Source: Eledone cirrhosa
Taxonomy: Eukaryota
Direction of reading: 5' to 3'
Length of the DNA stretch: 64,000 nt
Assembly (NCBI GenBank): GCA_964016885.1
Contig: OZ024742.1
Span: 122,760,001 to 122,824,000 of the forward strand
In this document: positions 53,412 through 64,000 of the stretch, piece by piece
Numbering within the stretch: position 1 is the first letter of the stretch
Layout of the letters: the number at the start of each line of letters is the position of its first letter
Position numbers and translations under genes: made by a program
The notes under the pieces: model-generated
What the model was told of the DNA's origin: nothing
Seen by the model: only the letters and a program-made list of their open reading frames with translations
Databases searched by the model: none

Positions 53412-54148
53412 ATATATAAGAAAAAATGGAGTGCTGTGTGGTTGCACATAGGTTACATATGAATAAAATTAGTCCTTCATCAGTGATCTTCCAACTTTCA
53501 TTGGTATTTCATCGCTTTAAATCATATACCTCTGGTTGGTGCCAGCAATAACTAAATAAAGTTATTGGGACAAGTAAAATAGGGTGAAACGAGCGGGATA
53601 TGTAAACAAACAATGATGGTATTGCAACGGAAAAATAGGAAGAGACAAGTACATTATATCTGTAAGCTTAAGCTTGGTGAATTCATGGACGAGAGATACA
53701 GACCATCCAACATGGGTGAGATATGAGCGAGAAAAGGATTTCACAGAGGTCAAACGGGAGGAAGTGAGAGAGGGGAGAAGCAGAGAGTGAGTGAGTGGAA
53801 GTGTGAGGTAGAGGCCAGCCGAGAGAGAGTGTGACTGGCAGAGGGGTTAAAAAGAAGGTGAGAGATACAGAGAGAGGGAAAGCAGTAAGAAAGAAAAGAC
53901 AATCGCAGCTGAGGAAAAAATATAAATATAAGAAAAAATGGAGTGTTGCGTGGTTGCACATGGGTTACATATGAATAAAATTAGTCCTTCATCAGTGATC
54001 TTCCAACTTTCATTGGTATTTCATGGCTTTAAAAATCATATACCTCTGGTTGGTGCCAGCAATAACTAAATAAAGTTATTGGGACAAGTAAAATAGGGTG
54101 AAACCAGCGAGACAAGTAAACAAACAACGATGGTATTCGCAACGGAAA
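53412..54148. repeat. Direct duplication (~220 bp, 512-bp offset)
   Basis: aagaaaaaatggagtg...gcaacggaaa at 53418-53633 and 53930-54148. Confidence 0.9.
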
Positions 54149-54769
54149 GATATATATATATATATATATATATATAGGAATATAAAAAACAACAACAACG
54201 TAGGAGTACACTCAGGGAAACTGAATGCAAGAAAAGCTGATAAACAGCAAAATGACGATTATGATGACGTCGGTAAAAATACCCCTAAGTAGGAAAAATA
54301 GAGGTCGCTGTCCGCTACGGATAAACGGTTTCCATATCTTTCAAAATTATCAGACGTTAAAGGGGAATTAGAAGGAAAGAGGGACAGAGAGAAAGAGGGA
54401 AAGCGGGTGCAAATCGTTTAACAGAACTGGTGATTGAAATGTATTGATGATTAAGAAAGGAATATGATGGCACAGATGAGTGATGAGCAAAGAAGATTAA
54501 AAAAGAAAATAAATGGAGATCAAAGTTACAAAATCAGTGGACATCGGCCTTCTTTCTCTCAGTCCTTCTTAGTTTCTCCCTCTTTTCTGACGACTATCAC
54601 ATCGGAAAGAATATGAATTCGTTTCGCCGTAGCGACCAATGACCATTGTCTTTCATATTTGTAGAAAAAATTATCTTTCATATTAGTAGTAGCAGCTTAG
54701 CAGCACTCAACTGTTTTAACACACATGCACGCACGCACCCCCCCCCCACACACCTATATATACATATAC

Positions 54770-54813
<44 letters not shown>

Positions 54814-54930
54814 ACCCGCTGGTGAAGCCACATGCACCAATTGTGCATTGTTGCATAATCAATACAGGCAGGCAGTGGATGCTGTAAATTCTATTGCTGC
54901 ATTAAGTGTGGCCGAAACTCGAGTACGGGT
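54814..54930 (+). ncRNA. Type I hammerhead-like motif with one core substitution
   Basis: ACCCG-CUGGUGA-A-GCCACA..UGUGGC-C-GAAAC-UCGA-GUA-CGGGU. Confidence 0.65.
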
Positions 54931-55434
54931 AGAGCTTAAAGATACCTATTTAAGTCTGTTGTATCGAAGCGAATAACTATATGTCTACTCTGGAATTTTA
55001 CATTACGTATTGAGTAGGCAGAGATACATCCGGTACTAGCTGTGAAACCCATGCTAGTACCATCAATTTATTATTATTTTCAATATATATCTTTATTCAG
55101 CTATGCATGAAGCTAAATCCTAATTCTATTCTATTATAAGTTGAACCAACTTATGCAGCTTCACATGCAAATGAGATTAACAGAGGAGAAAACCATATAT
55201 GTTCGCTTGCTTTCAACTTCAGCAGTCGCAAGAATGGGAGGGATCCATGATGAATTCCAGTTAATTTCGAAATGCATCGACGGCTGTCCCTCTTGCTTCT
55301 GCTGGACACCACCAGAGGTCGATAGCCTCGGAGTTTTCTAAATGTTTACCTATAAACTACCGTATTTCTTTACAAATGCGAAATTTCCCTACATATCTGT
55401 ATACAGCTATGTATGAAGTTAAATCCTAATCCTA

Positions 55435-55532
<98 letters not shown>

Positions 55533-55546
55533 GAGAGATGGAGAGA

Positions 55547-55599
<53 letters not shown>

Positions 55600-55969
55600 T
55601 TCCTGGCTGGGTAGGGTATTTCAAAGGTCTCCATTTCTTTGAAGGAAATTTCTTTGACGTGTTTCGTGTATCCCGATGGATGAAAGATACACCAATGATG
55701 ACGCAAGTAATTGCTGGAAATGACATGTAACTCTTCATTTCAAATAAGCAAAGGTCAACCACAGTAGCAATGGAAGAGCAATTGTAGTTTCTGTGTGGAA
55801 ATTTGACAATCGATTTTGGATGTTAGTATATGAGCATTGCTCAAACGTGATCTTTTATAAAATATAAAATATAAAATAAAATAAAGCGGGCTTTAGTATT
55901 TCCTAGATCTAATGAAGAATATTTATCTATCTGATGCAATTTTATAGACAAAGATTAGCGAAGAGATTA

Positions 55970-57690
55970 ATGTGAGGTAGGAGCGGGGGTCCCGTGGGTA
56001 AGAGAGGGACAGAGGGGAAAGTTAGGGGAAAGATAAAGAAGAATGAGAAGAGGAGGTAAAGTGCATAAAAGAGAGGAAGAGAGAGAAAGCGCGGAAGAGG
56101 AGGAACGAGGTGGAGAAACGGGGAGCGTGGGAAAGGGAATGGTAAAAAAGTAGAGGAGTGAGTAGAATGAACCGAGAGAGGAAAGAGATGGAGGGAGAGG
56201 TAAACAGGAAGAAAGATGGCAAGGTAGAAGGAAGGGGGAAGACGGAATAAAAGAAGTAAGGAAGGGAAAGGAGGGACAGGAGGGAAAGGAGAAAGAAAAT
56301 GAAAAAAGGAAGAAAAAAAAGAGGCTATGACGGGAAAAGGTGGGGTAGAAGTTGAAAGTACGAGAAGAAAGAGAGCAAGGAAGGAAACCTTCTCTCACTG
56401 TTCTCCTTACTCATCCTTGCTACCCTTCCTAACCTTGCCATACTTATTCTCATTACTTTTCTCATTATTCTGGTGGACTGGTAGTATCGGTAGAGGGTCG
56501 GATGCCATGCTTTCCAAAATAGAGTTACGCCCCTTTATGATCTGAGTTCAAATCCCTCCGAGGTTAACTTTGACTTTAATTCTTACAGGGTCGATAAAAT
56601 AAAGTACCACTGGAATAATTGCTGGCCTAGTGCCAAAAGTAGAAACAATTATTCTCTTTACCGCCATTAAACTTCCTCATCTCGTTGCTCTCTTTTCTCT
56701 CCTTATTCACATTCCTCTCCTTCTTAAGGGGGACAAGGAGTAAAGTAAAGAGATAAGGAGTTGAGAGTGAATAGTGAGGAAAGAGGGGGAAGAAGAGATA
56801 AAGAGGGGAAAATGAGGCAAGGAGGGGGAAAGAGGGATTTGCTCTCCTTTCTCTCCTCCTTACTCTATTCCTTCCTCTCGTCCTTGCTCTTCTCCTTACT
56901 CTCCTCCTTGCTCTCTGTTCTCTCCTTCTCTCCTCTTTGATGACCCCCATGCTCTACTTACTCTCCTTGCCCACTTCCTTGCTCTTATTACGCTCCTCCT
57001 GGCTCTCCTCCTTAATCCAGACATTGCTCTCATCCTTGATTTCCTCCATGCTAATCTTGCTTTGCTTCTTGCTCCCCTCCTTTCTCTCATCATTTCTTTC
57101 TTCCTTTACGTCCTCCATTCTCTTCTTGCTCCCCTCCTTTCTCACATCCTTTCTTTCCTCCATTCTCTTCTTGCTCTCCTCTATGTTCCCTCCCCTTCTC
57201 TTATCCTTGGTCTAGTCCTTGTTCTCCTCTTTGCTCTCTCCATTCCTCTATTTATTCCCTTCGCTCTCTTAGCTTTCCTTGCTCTTCTTAGTCTTCTAGT
57301 TCTCCTCCTTGCTCTCCTTCCTCTACTTGCTCTCCTAACCCTCCTTGCTCTCATCATTGCATCCGCCCTTGTTCTTCTGCCTGCTTTCCTAACCCTCCTA
57401 GCTCTCTCACTTGCTCTCCTTACTCTTCTTACTCTACTGCATGCTCTCATTACTCCCCTCCATAGTAATCATACGCACCATATACTTACTCAATTTGCTC
57501 TCCTTCCTCAGAGAGTAAGGAGAATAAGGCGATCAAGGAGACTTAGCAGAGTAAGTAAAGTAAGTAGAGGAAGGAGACCAAGGGGAATAAGTAGAGGTTG
57601 TATACAAAGGAGTGTAAAAACGAGAGCAAGGAGAGTAAGAAGAGGTAGTATAGGGAGGAGAGCAAGCATAGCAAGCAGAGGAAGTAGTTC
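55970..57690. repeat. Alternating purine-rich/pyrimidine-rich low-complexity degenerate repeat
   Basis: cttgctctcct-type motifs at 56840-57508 and complementary gagcaaggagagtaag motifs at 57510-57690. Confidence 0.85.
56479..56653 (+). mobile_element. tRNA-derived SINE (reference copy in this window)
   Basis: A-box-like TGGTAGTATCGG, B box GAGTTCAAATCC, body ...gtcgataaaataaagtacca...gtgccaaaagtagaaacaattatt; at least six further copies in the window. Confidence 0.85.
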
Positions 57691-59813
57691 CAAGGACAAC
57701 AATGCTACTTTGATGCGAGTAGTTTATTTTGAGTACATGGTGGTTGGACGTTTTGCAACTCGTTCTCCGCCTCCAGCCTAGTCGCTTCGGCCACAAAACT
57801 GGACTCCACTACCCGCAATGAAGAGGAGAGGAAGCTAGTTAAATACTGGGGCCTGATCAACTGCTTTCATTTGAGACCGATCTCCGTCGTGACCTCCTGT
57901 CTCCTTGATTCCTGCACTGCTGACTTCACCCGTAAGATCGGAAAAACAGCAGCAACTTGAGGAGGAAATTATGTGAGGTGGGGTAGCTTTTGCAACAGCT
58001 AATCTCCTCCGTGGTAACACCGTTACCATTTGTCCTCGGGGTGCAGATATGAGGCACCGCTCAGTCTGTGGGATAGTGTCTAACAATCCTTCATTTATTA
58101 TTTTGTCACTGGATTCTTTTTTTTTTCATTTTCTTCGTTCCCTTTCCTTTTAAGTTTTCTTTCTTTGTTGTTCAATTTGATAGCATGTTTCAATGCGTCT
58201 CCTTCACCATCTTCATGCGAAACGCCTTCTGTCCGCTTGGGCTGCGAAGCGGCCAGTGCGTGGGCCTGCATTTAATTATAATTGTTACAGATGGGAATAG
58301 CGAATGACTATGGCAGTAACAATGAGAATTTGATTTCATTAAGTTCAGACTTAAATATATGTTTATATTTATCGACAGGCACAATATACGTTCAGATATG
58401 ATACTAAAGTACAAAAAGATTCGAAAACAGAACCACCTAGCTGCTTTACATCTTCCCTTGTTACCCTCTTTCCTCATCCCTATTTATATTCATATTTCTA
58501 TTTTATTTTTTTTTTTCTTGTTTTTAACATTATTGTGATTTTTGTATTTACTTATCTCTGTATATCTTGTTTATCGTTTCTCAACTGAAAAAAATTACTA
58601 GATATTTCTCTTAGTCTGTCATGATTTACTACCTTTATACGGAAGATTAAATTGATAAATTGAATAAATATCATTCGAATATGACCCCAACGTCATAAAA
58701 ATGACGGTCAGATTGCAGTTTTCGATATATTGTGTCTCGTAAATAAAACCTTGATTTCACAGCTTCAAAGAATTTGAAGATCGTCACCATCATTGCGACG
58801 ACGTTCGAAGAGAAGATTTTCAGTTGCTATTTTTAACAGGGGGCGCAACTCCTCCTGTATTTTGAAGATCGTTTTACTTATTGTAATTCATTCCAATCCA
58901 GATCTTCGCACTCCTATTGAAGGAACTTTTCCCTGCTTGACAACCACCTTTGGCTTTGGCCAGGTCAAGAGTGTAGCCGTACACACCATGCTTGGTTGAC
59001 GAGGCTATTAAAACCATAGTTGGAGTGGCTGGACATTGACCCTGAGGAGTTCATCAGGCCTTTTATAAGCTTGTTATTTTTACCTTCCTCGCCAGCTCAT
59101 GGGCTAATGAGTGGCATACCACTCGACCATGAAGCATGTTCTACTGTATTGCATGATATTACCAGCAAGCAGACGCCTGATGTGACAAATAGTTTTGCTC
59201 AATCAGAGCTTAATCCAGAATAAACAATAACAATGAAATATATGTATATTAGAAAAGATTACATATATATGAACTATCTATTAATTTGTTATGAAATACA
59301 TGTTATTATCACGATACTTCATAGAAACAAGGAAGTTTTCTACGAGTCGAAGTTATAATGAATTATTAATGACATACTAAAATGATGTAGACAACTAATT
59401 AACAAATTATAATAATTAGTTTAACTAAATTTAATACAACTAATCCAGCGAGAAACACTTTATTGAGATGCATACATACTAGATGGACATTTGTTGTTTG
59501 TAGCTAAATATTCATTGAATAAAAATGTTGGTGTGGGGAATATGAATTAATGGATAATTGTTGCAGACTTCATATAGTGTTCATTCCCCATTCTCATTAT
59601 TAGGCAATGGTTCTACTGGTTAATGAAACAATAATCATGTTTGCCACTTCTAATTTCACGATTGCATCTATCCATAAACATACATATTTCACTACCACAT
59701 ACACAGACAGGCACACATTTATATAGCTAAATAAGTTGTTTGTCCATGTATACATACATATAGGTACATTTACATACATATGTATATATGCGTGTGTGTA
59801 CATAATGATGTAT

Positions 59814-59856
<43 letters not shown>

Positions 59857-60689
59857 TATGTGTGTGTATATATATATATATATATATAGTCATAATAATA
59901 AATGTGTGTGAAAGCACCGATTCTTTGCTGAAACTTTAATCTGTTATGTAATAAATATATATATATATATATATGTATATATATTAGATTAATAAAAACA
60001 ATGAATAAAAACAAAGAACAAGTTCCTTATATTAAAAAATTCATCATTTAACGATCGTTTCTAGGATGTGTTGGTATATATATCATATAGATCTATGTAA
60101 AAATATTACAAACTATCAGAGGAAATATACATACCTTCACATATATATGATGTCTATACACACACACACACATACACACACACATACACACACACACACA
60201 CAAACGCACACACACACACACACGTATATATATATATAACGAAGGAAATGTGGTAAGGAACCAGATGGACCATAACGCACCAAAGAACTCAATACTTAGG
60301 GTACTAGAGTGGGTAATAGGAACATGTAGGACCCCGACGGCTGAGCTCAAGCCGTTTCGACGGCTAATTCTGTAATTCTGGACTAAATGAAAATGTTTAT
60401 CCTGGTAAATGAATAGCCGAACTTCTCAGGGGGTAATTCAATATATGGTAAAAGTGATTGTCACAAGGATTCGTCAAAAGTTTGTTGTTGAGACATATGA
60501 TTCTATCATAGCATTTTGTGGAAGGAAGGGGTAGCTAATCTTGCCAGTAGAAGAAAGAGGGAGAGGGAGTGGAGGAAACCCAGTCGAGCGTTGAAGGTGA
60601 CAACTACCGCAGATTCTAAGGATAGAAGGGGAGGGGGATGAAGTCGAAACAATAAGTAAATCTATATGGAGTAATTATATAGAAAAATA

Positions 60690-61031
60690 ACCGCTTGTGA
60701 CTTCAAGACCCGGCTATACCAACACAGAAATACTTTCCGAAACCAGGCCCGGGGTCACCCCACTACACTTTCCGGCCACATCTGGGACCTCAAAGATAAC
60801 AATATAACCTATAAGCTCACTTGGAGTTTACTCTCCAGAGCCAACTCTTACACGGGAGGACGCTGTCCGTGTAACTTATGCTCGGAGGAAACATTACAAA
60901 TGTTGTTTTCTACGGACCAACTCCTAAACAAGAAAGACGAACTGGTAACTGCATGCAAACACAGATTACGTAGGACTTACCTCGCCCTCGAACCCCATAA
61001 TGACCGGGGGGGCGGGGTAGACAAGGGCTGA
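60690..61031 (+). pseudogene. PLE GIY-YIG endonuclease C-terminal half (open frame without a start codon; absent from the ORF track)
   Basis: Manual translation TACDFKTRLYQHRNTFRNQARGHPTTLSGHIWDLKDNNITYKLTWSLLSRANSYTGGRCPCNLCSEETLQMLFSTDQLLNKKDELVTACKHR...*; homologous to 23468-23703. Confidence 0.88.
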
Positions 61032-61698
61032 AACACCCCACTTGCCGACTTTGTAATGGGTAACCCCTGCTAACAAAGGTAGACGTAACTTTTTTGTATA
61101 TATTTTCTTATATATTTGTTATCGTTTCCTCTATATTTCCTTCTTCCCCCCATCACTTTCTAGTCCTTCTACCCCAGATCTCCTTCTTTGTCGTCGTTCT
61201 TTACACCTTCTCGCCCACCCCTAGGCAGCCCCTCGGTCCTCTGTAGCCTCAGTACCCCTACCCCCCTCATTTTATGATAGAATTGGCCGATTCCGGTTTT
61301 TATAGCAGATGTGCTAGACCCCAGATACTTGCTTTCTTCTCTGATTGCTGCCCCATTTCCGTGAGTTCTAGATTTCTTAGTGGTATTTCTGCTTTAGTTT
61401 CTCGTATATCAGTATTTTTTTTGGGGGGGGGGGATTCTGGATTATTTTTCGGATTAGGGTTTCATATATATTGTACGGGCATTTATGAAGATTGTATTAG
61501 AATGTATGTATTGTAGCAGTATTTATATATATTGTATTAGTTTTTTATATTTATTGTATGAGTATTTATGTAGTTTGTATTAGAATTTATGTATTGTAGC
61601 AGTGCTTATATATATCGTATTAGTATTCATGTTTCGGGATTCTGAATTAATATTTCGTATTAGTTTCGGGTCTCTGAATTATTATTTCGTATTAGTTT

Positions 61699-61795
61699 AG
61701 GTTAAATTAGCCGAGATTAGCTTTGCCTTTCATCCTTATGGGGTTGATAAAATAAAGTACCAGTAATTTCTGGCCTTGTGCCAAAAGTAGAAACA
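61699..61795 (+). mobile_element. 5'-truncated SINE with 18-bp TSD inside the PLE
   Basis: attatttcgtattagttt at 61681-61698 and 61796-61813; the homologous copy at ~49325-49345 has the site once. Confidence 0.88.
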
Positions 61796-62331
61796 ATTAT
61801 TTCGTATTAGTTTTTTTTTTTTTATAGTATTTTGGCCCCCTACTTGTTGACCTGTCATTGTAAGATAGATTTGGCCGATTACTACTAACTCATAAAATTC
61901 TTTCACTACAATCTCGTATTTAGTATTCCGTCCCACCTATTAAAGTTTTCTACAGCTTAGCAGTACTAGTGAGAGATTTGATGATTGTGGAAGGGGAATA
62001 GTTACCAGAAATTGTTTTTTTTATATTTTTAATATTTTTATGTTTTTCTATATATTTACTCCATATAGATTTACTTATTGTTTCGACTACAACCGCCCCC
62101 CCCCCCCCCGTCCCCTTCTCTAGTATTCTTTTTTCGACCTTCTTTCCTTAGAATCTGATGTAGTTGTCACTTTCAACGTTCGACTGAGTTTCCTCCACTC
62201 CCTCTCCCCCTTTCTTCTACTGGCAAGCTCAGCTACCCCTACCACCCAAAAAATGCCATGATAGAATCATGGATCTCAACAACAAACTTTTGACGAATCC
62301 TTGTGACAATCACGTTTACCATATATGGAAT

Positions 62332-62429
62332 GACCCCCTGAGATGTTCGGCTATTCATTTACCACGATAAAAAATTTCCTTTAGTCCGGAATTAGCCATC
62401 GAAACGGCTTGAGCTCAGCTGTCGGGGTC
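62332..62429 (+). ncRNA. Type I hammerhead-like motif with non-canonical core
   Basis: GACCCC-CUGAGAU-G..GGCUA..UAGCC..C-GAAA-CGGCU-UGAGCUC-AGCUG-UC-GGGGUC. Confidence 0.65.
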
Positions 62430-62438
62430 CTACTTGTT

Positions 62439-62477
<39 letters not shown>

Positions 62478-62480
<3 letters not shown>

Positions 62481-64000
62481 TATAGACATAGAATATTCGA
62501 AAATATTCTGTATGTTTATAATAAACATTTTGAAGACCTAATCGCTATAGAATAGAATACGTCACGTATTACAATTAGATTCTCGATAAAAGCAAGGGAA
62601 GTAATCTACGCGTTTCATTCTTGTTAGAAATCATCAGGACTACATATCCAGTGCTTTTATCGGGAATGACACAGCTAGAGACTTATAGAATACTTAGCTG
62701 TGTACAGGAACTGGTTTGAAAGAGCGGTTGCCGGTCCGGCAGAAATTAGAAATTGGAATAAATGCTCTGAAATAGCGATATATATGTGAATATAGACATA
62801 GAATATTCGAAAATATTCTGTATGTTTATAATAAACATTTTGAAGACCTAATCGCTATAGAATAGAATACGTCACGTATTACAATTAGATTCTCGATAAA
62901 AGCAAGGGAAGTAATCTACGCGTTTCATTCTTGTTAGAAATCATCAGGACTACATATCCAGTGCTTTTATCGGGAATGACACAGCTAGAGACTTATAGAA
63001 TACTTAGCTGTGTACAGGAACTGGTTTGAAAGAGCGGTTGCCGGTCCGGCAGAAATTAGAAATTGGAATAAATGCTCTGAAATAGCGATATATATGTGAA
63101 TATAGACATAGAATATTCGAAAATATTCTGTATGTTTATAATAAACATTTTGAAGACCTAATCGCTATAGAATAGAATACGTCACGTATTACAATTAGAT
63201 TCTCGATAAAAGCAAGGGAAGTAATCTACGCGTTTCATTCTTGTTAGAAATCATCAGGACTACATATCCAGTGCTTTTATCGGGAATGACACAGCTAGAG
63301 ACTTATAGAATACTTAGCTGTGTACAGGAACTGGTTTGAAAGAGCGGTTGCCGGTCCGGCAGAAATTAGAAATTGGAATAAATGCTCTGAAATAGCGATA
63401 TATATGTGAATATAGACATAGAATATTCGAAAATATTCTGTATATTTATAATAAACATTTTGAAGACCTAATCGCTATAGAATAGAATACGTCACGTATT
63501 ACAATTAGATTCTCGATAAAAGCAAGGGAAGTAATCTACGCGTTTCATTCTTGTTAGAAATCATCAGGACTACATATCCAGTGCTTTTATCGGGAATGAC
63601 ACAGCTAGAGACTTATAGAATACTTAGCTGTGTACAGGAACTGGTTTGAAAGAGCGGTTGCCGGTCCGGCAGAAATTAGAAATTGGAATAAATGCTCTGA
63701 AATAGCGATATATATGTGAATATAGACATAGAATATTCGAAAATATTCTGTATGTTTATAATAAACATTTTGAAGACCTAATCGCTATAGAATAGAATAC
63801 GTCACGTATTACAATTAGATTCTCGATAAAAGCAAGGGAAGTAATCTACGCGTTTCATTCTTGTTAGAAATCATCAGGACTACATATCCAGTGCTTTTAT
63901 CGGGAATGACACAGCTAGAGACTTATAGAATACTTAGCTGTGTACAGGAACTGGTTTGAAAGAGCGGTTGCCGGTCCGGCAGAAATTAGAAATTGGAATA
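62478..64000 (-). repeat. 310-bp tandem array (at least 4.9 near-identical units, runs off the window), hammerhead-bearing satellite/retrozyme-like
   Basis: gaatatagacatagaatattcg recurs at 62478, 62788, 63098, 63408 and 63718; only one substitution noticed (63444). Confidence 0.97.
62601..62643 (-). ncRNA. Type I hammerhead ribozyme (identical copies at 62911, 63221, 63531, 63841)
   Basis: Minus strand GUAGUC-CUGAUGA-U-UUCU-AACA-AGAA-U-GAAAC-GC-GUA|GAUUAC: intact core, 6-bp stem I, palindromic ACGCGU minimal stem III. Confidence 0.85.

Larger units (their letters stand above)
60236..62442 (+). mobile_element. 5'-truncated Penelope-like element: inverted pLTR + GIY-YIG C-terminus + 3' pLTR with hammerhead
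   Basis: 60316-60690 is the reverse complement of ~62040-62442, enclosing a PLE endonuclease coding fragment at 60690-61031. Confidence 0.88.

Noticed and set aside
56627-57796. Arg-rich protamine-like and Leu-rich membrane-like ORFs
   Set aside because: Products of low-complexity GA/CT repeats, open in several frames on both strands.
60690-61031. Selenocysteine read-through as in some PLE clades
   Set aside because: The TGA falls after the conserved domain end and no SECIS was identified.
62478-64000. CRISPR array or 5S/tRNA/snRNA gene array
   Set aside because: Units are identical with no variable spacers, and no 5S, tRNA or snRNA sequence is recognisable.

Overview
AT-rich, microsatellite-dense eukaryotic DNA with no recognisable host protein-coding gene. 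The SINE and repeat landscape resembles an octopus/cephalopod genome (inference). Nearly all of the short ORFs in the track are microsatellite artefacts. Real coding content is retroelement-derived: an intact R4/Dong-type non-LTR ORF (RT + CCHC + restriction-like endonuclease, 14153-17545) plus a truncated relative, three L1/Tx1-like LINE copies (32-41 kb, one split by a hAT MITE), decayed RTE and CR1-like LINEs, and GIY-YIG remnants of Penelope-like elements (PLEs). The most striking signal is RNA-level. The 310-bp tandem array at the right end (62478-64000) carries one canonical type I hammerhead ribozyme per unit on the minus strand inside a highly self-complementary monomer, i.e. a candidate retrozyme/ribozyme satellite able to make unit-length or circular RNAs. 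It sits directly beside a PLE remnant whose terminal repeat carries a hammerhead with a non-canonical core. Several other unrelated hammerhead-like motifs lie in inverted or tandem repeats across the window. All structures were read by eye; none has been folded computationally or tested.
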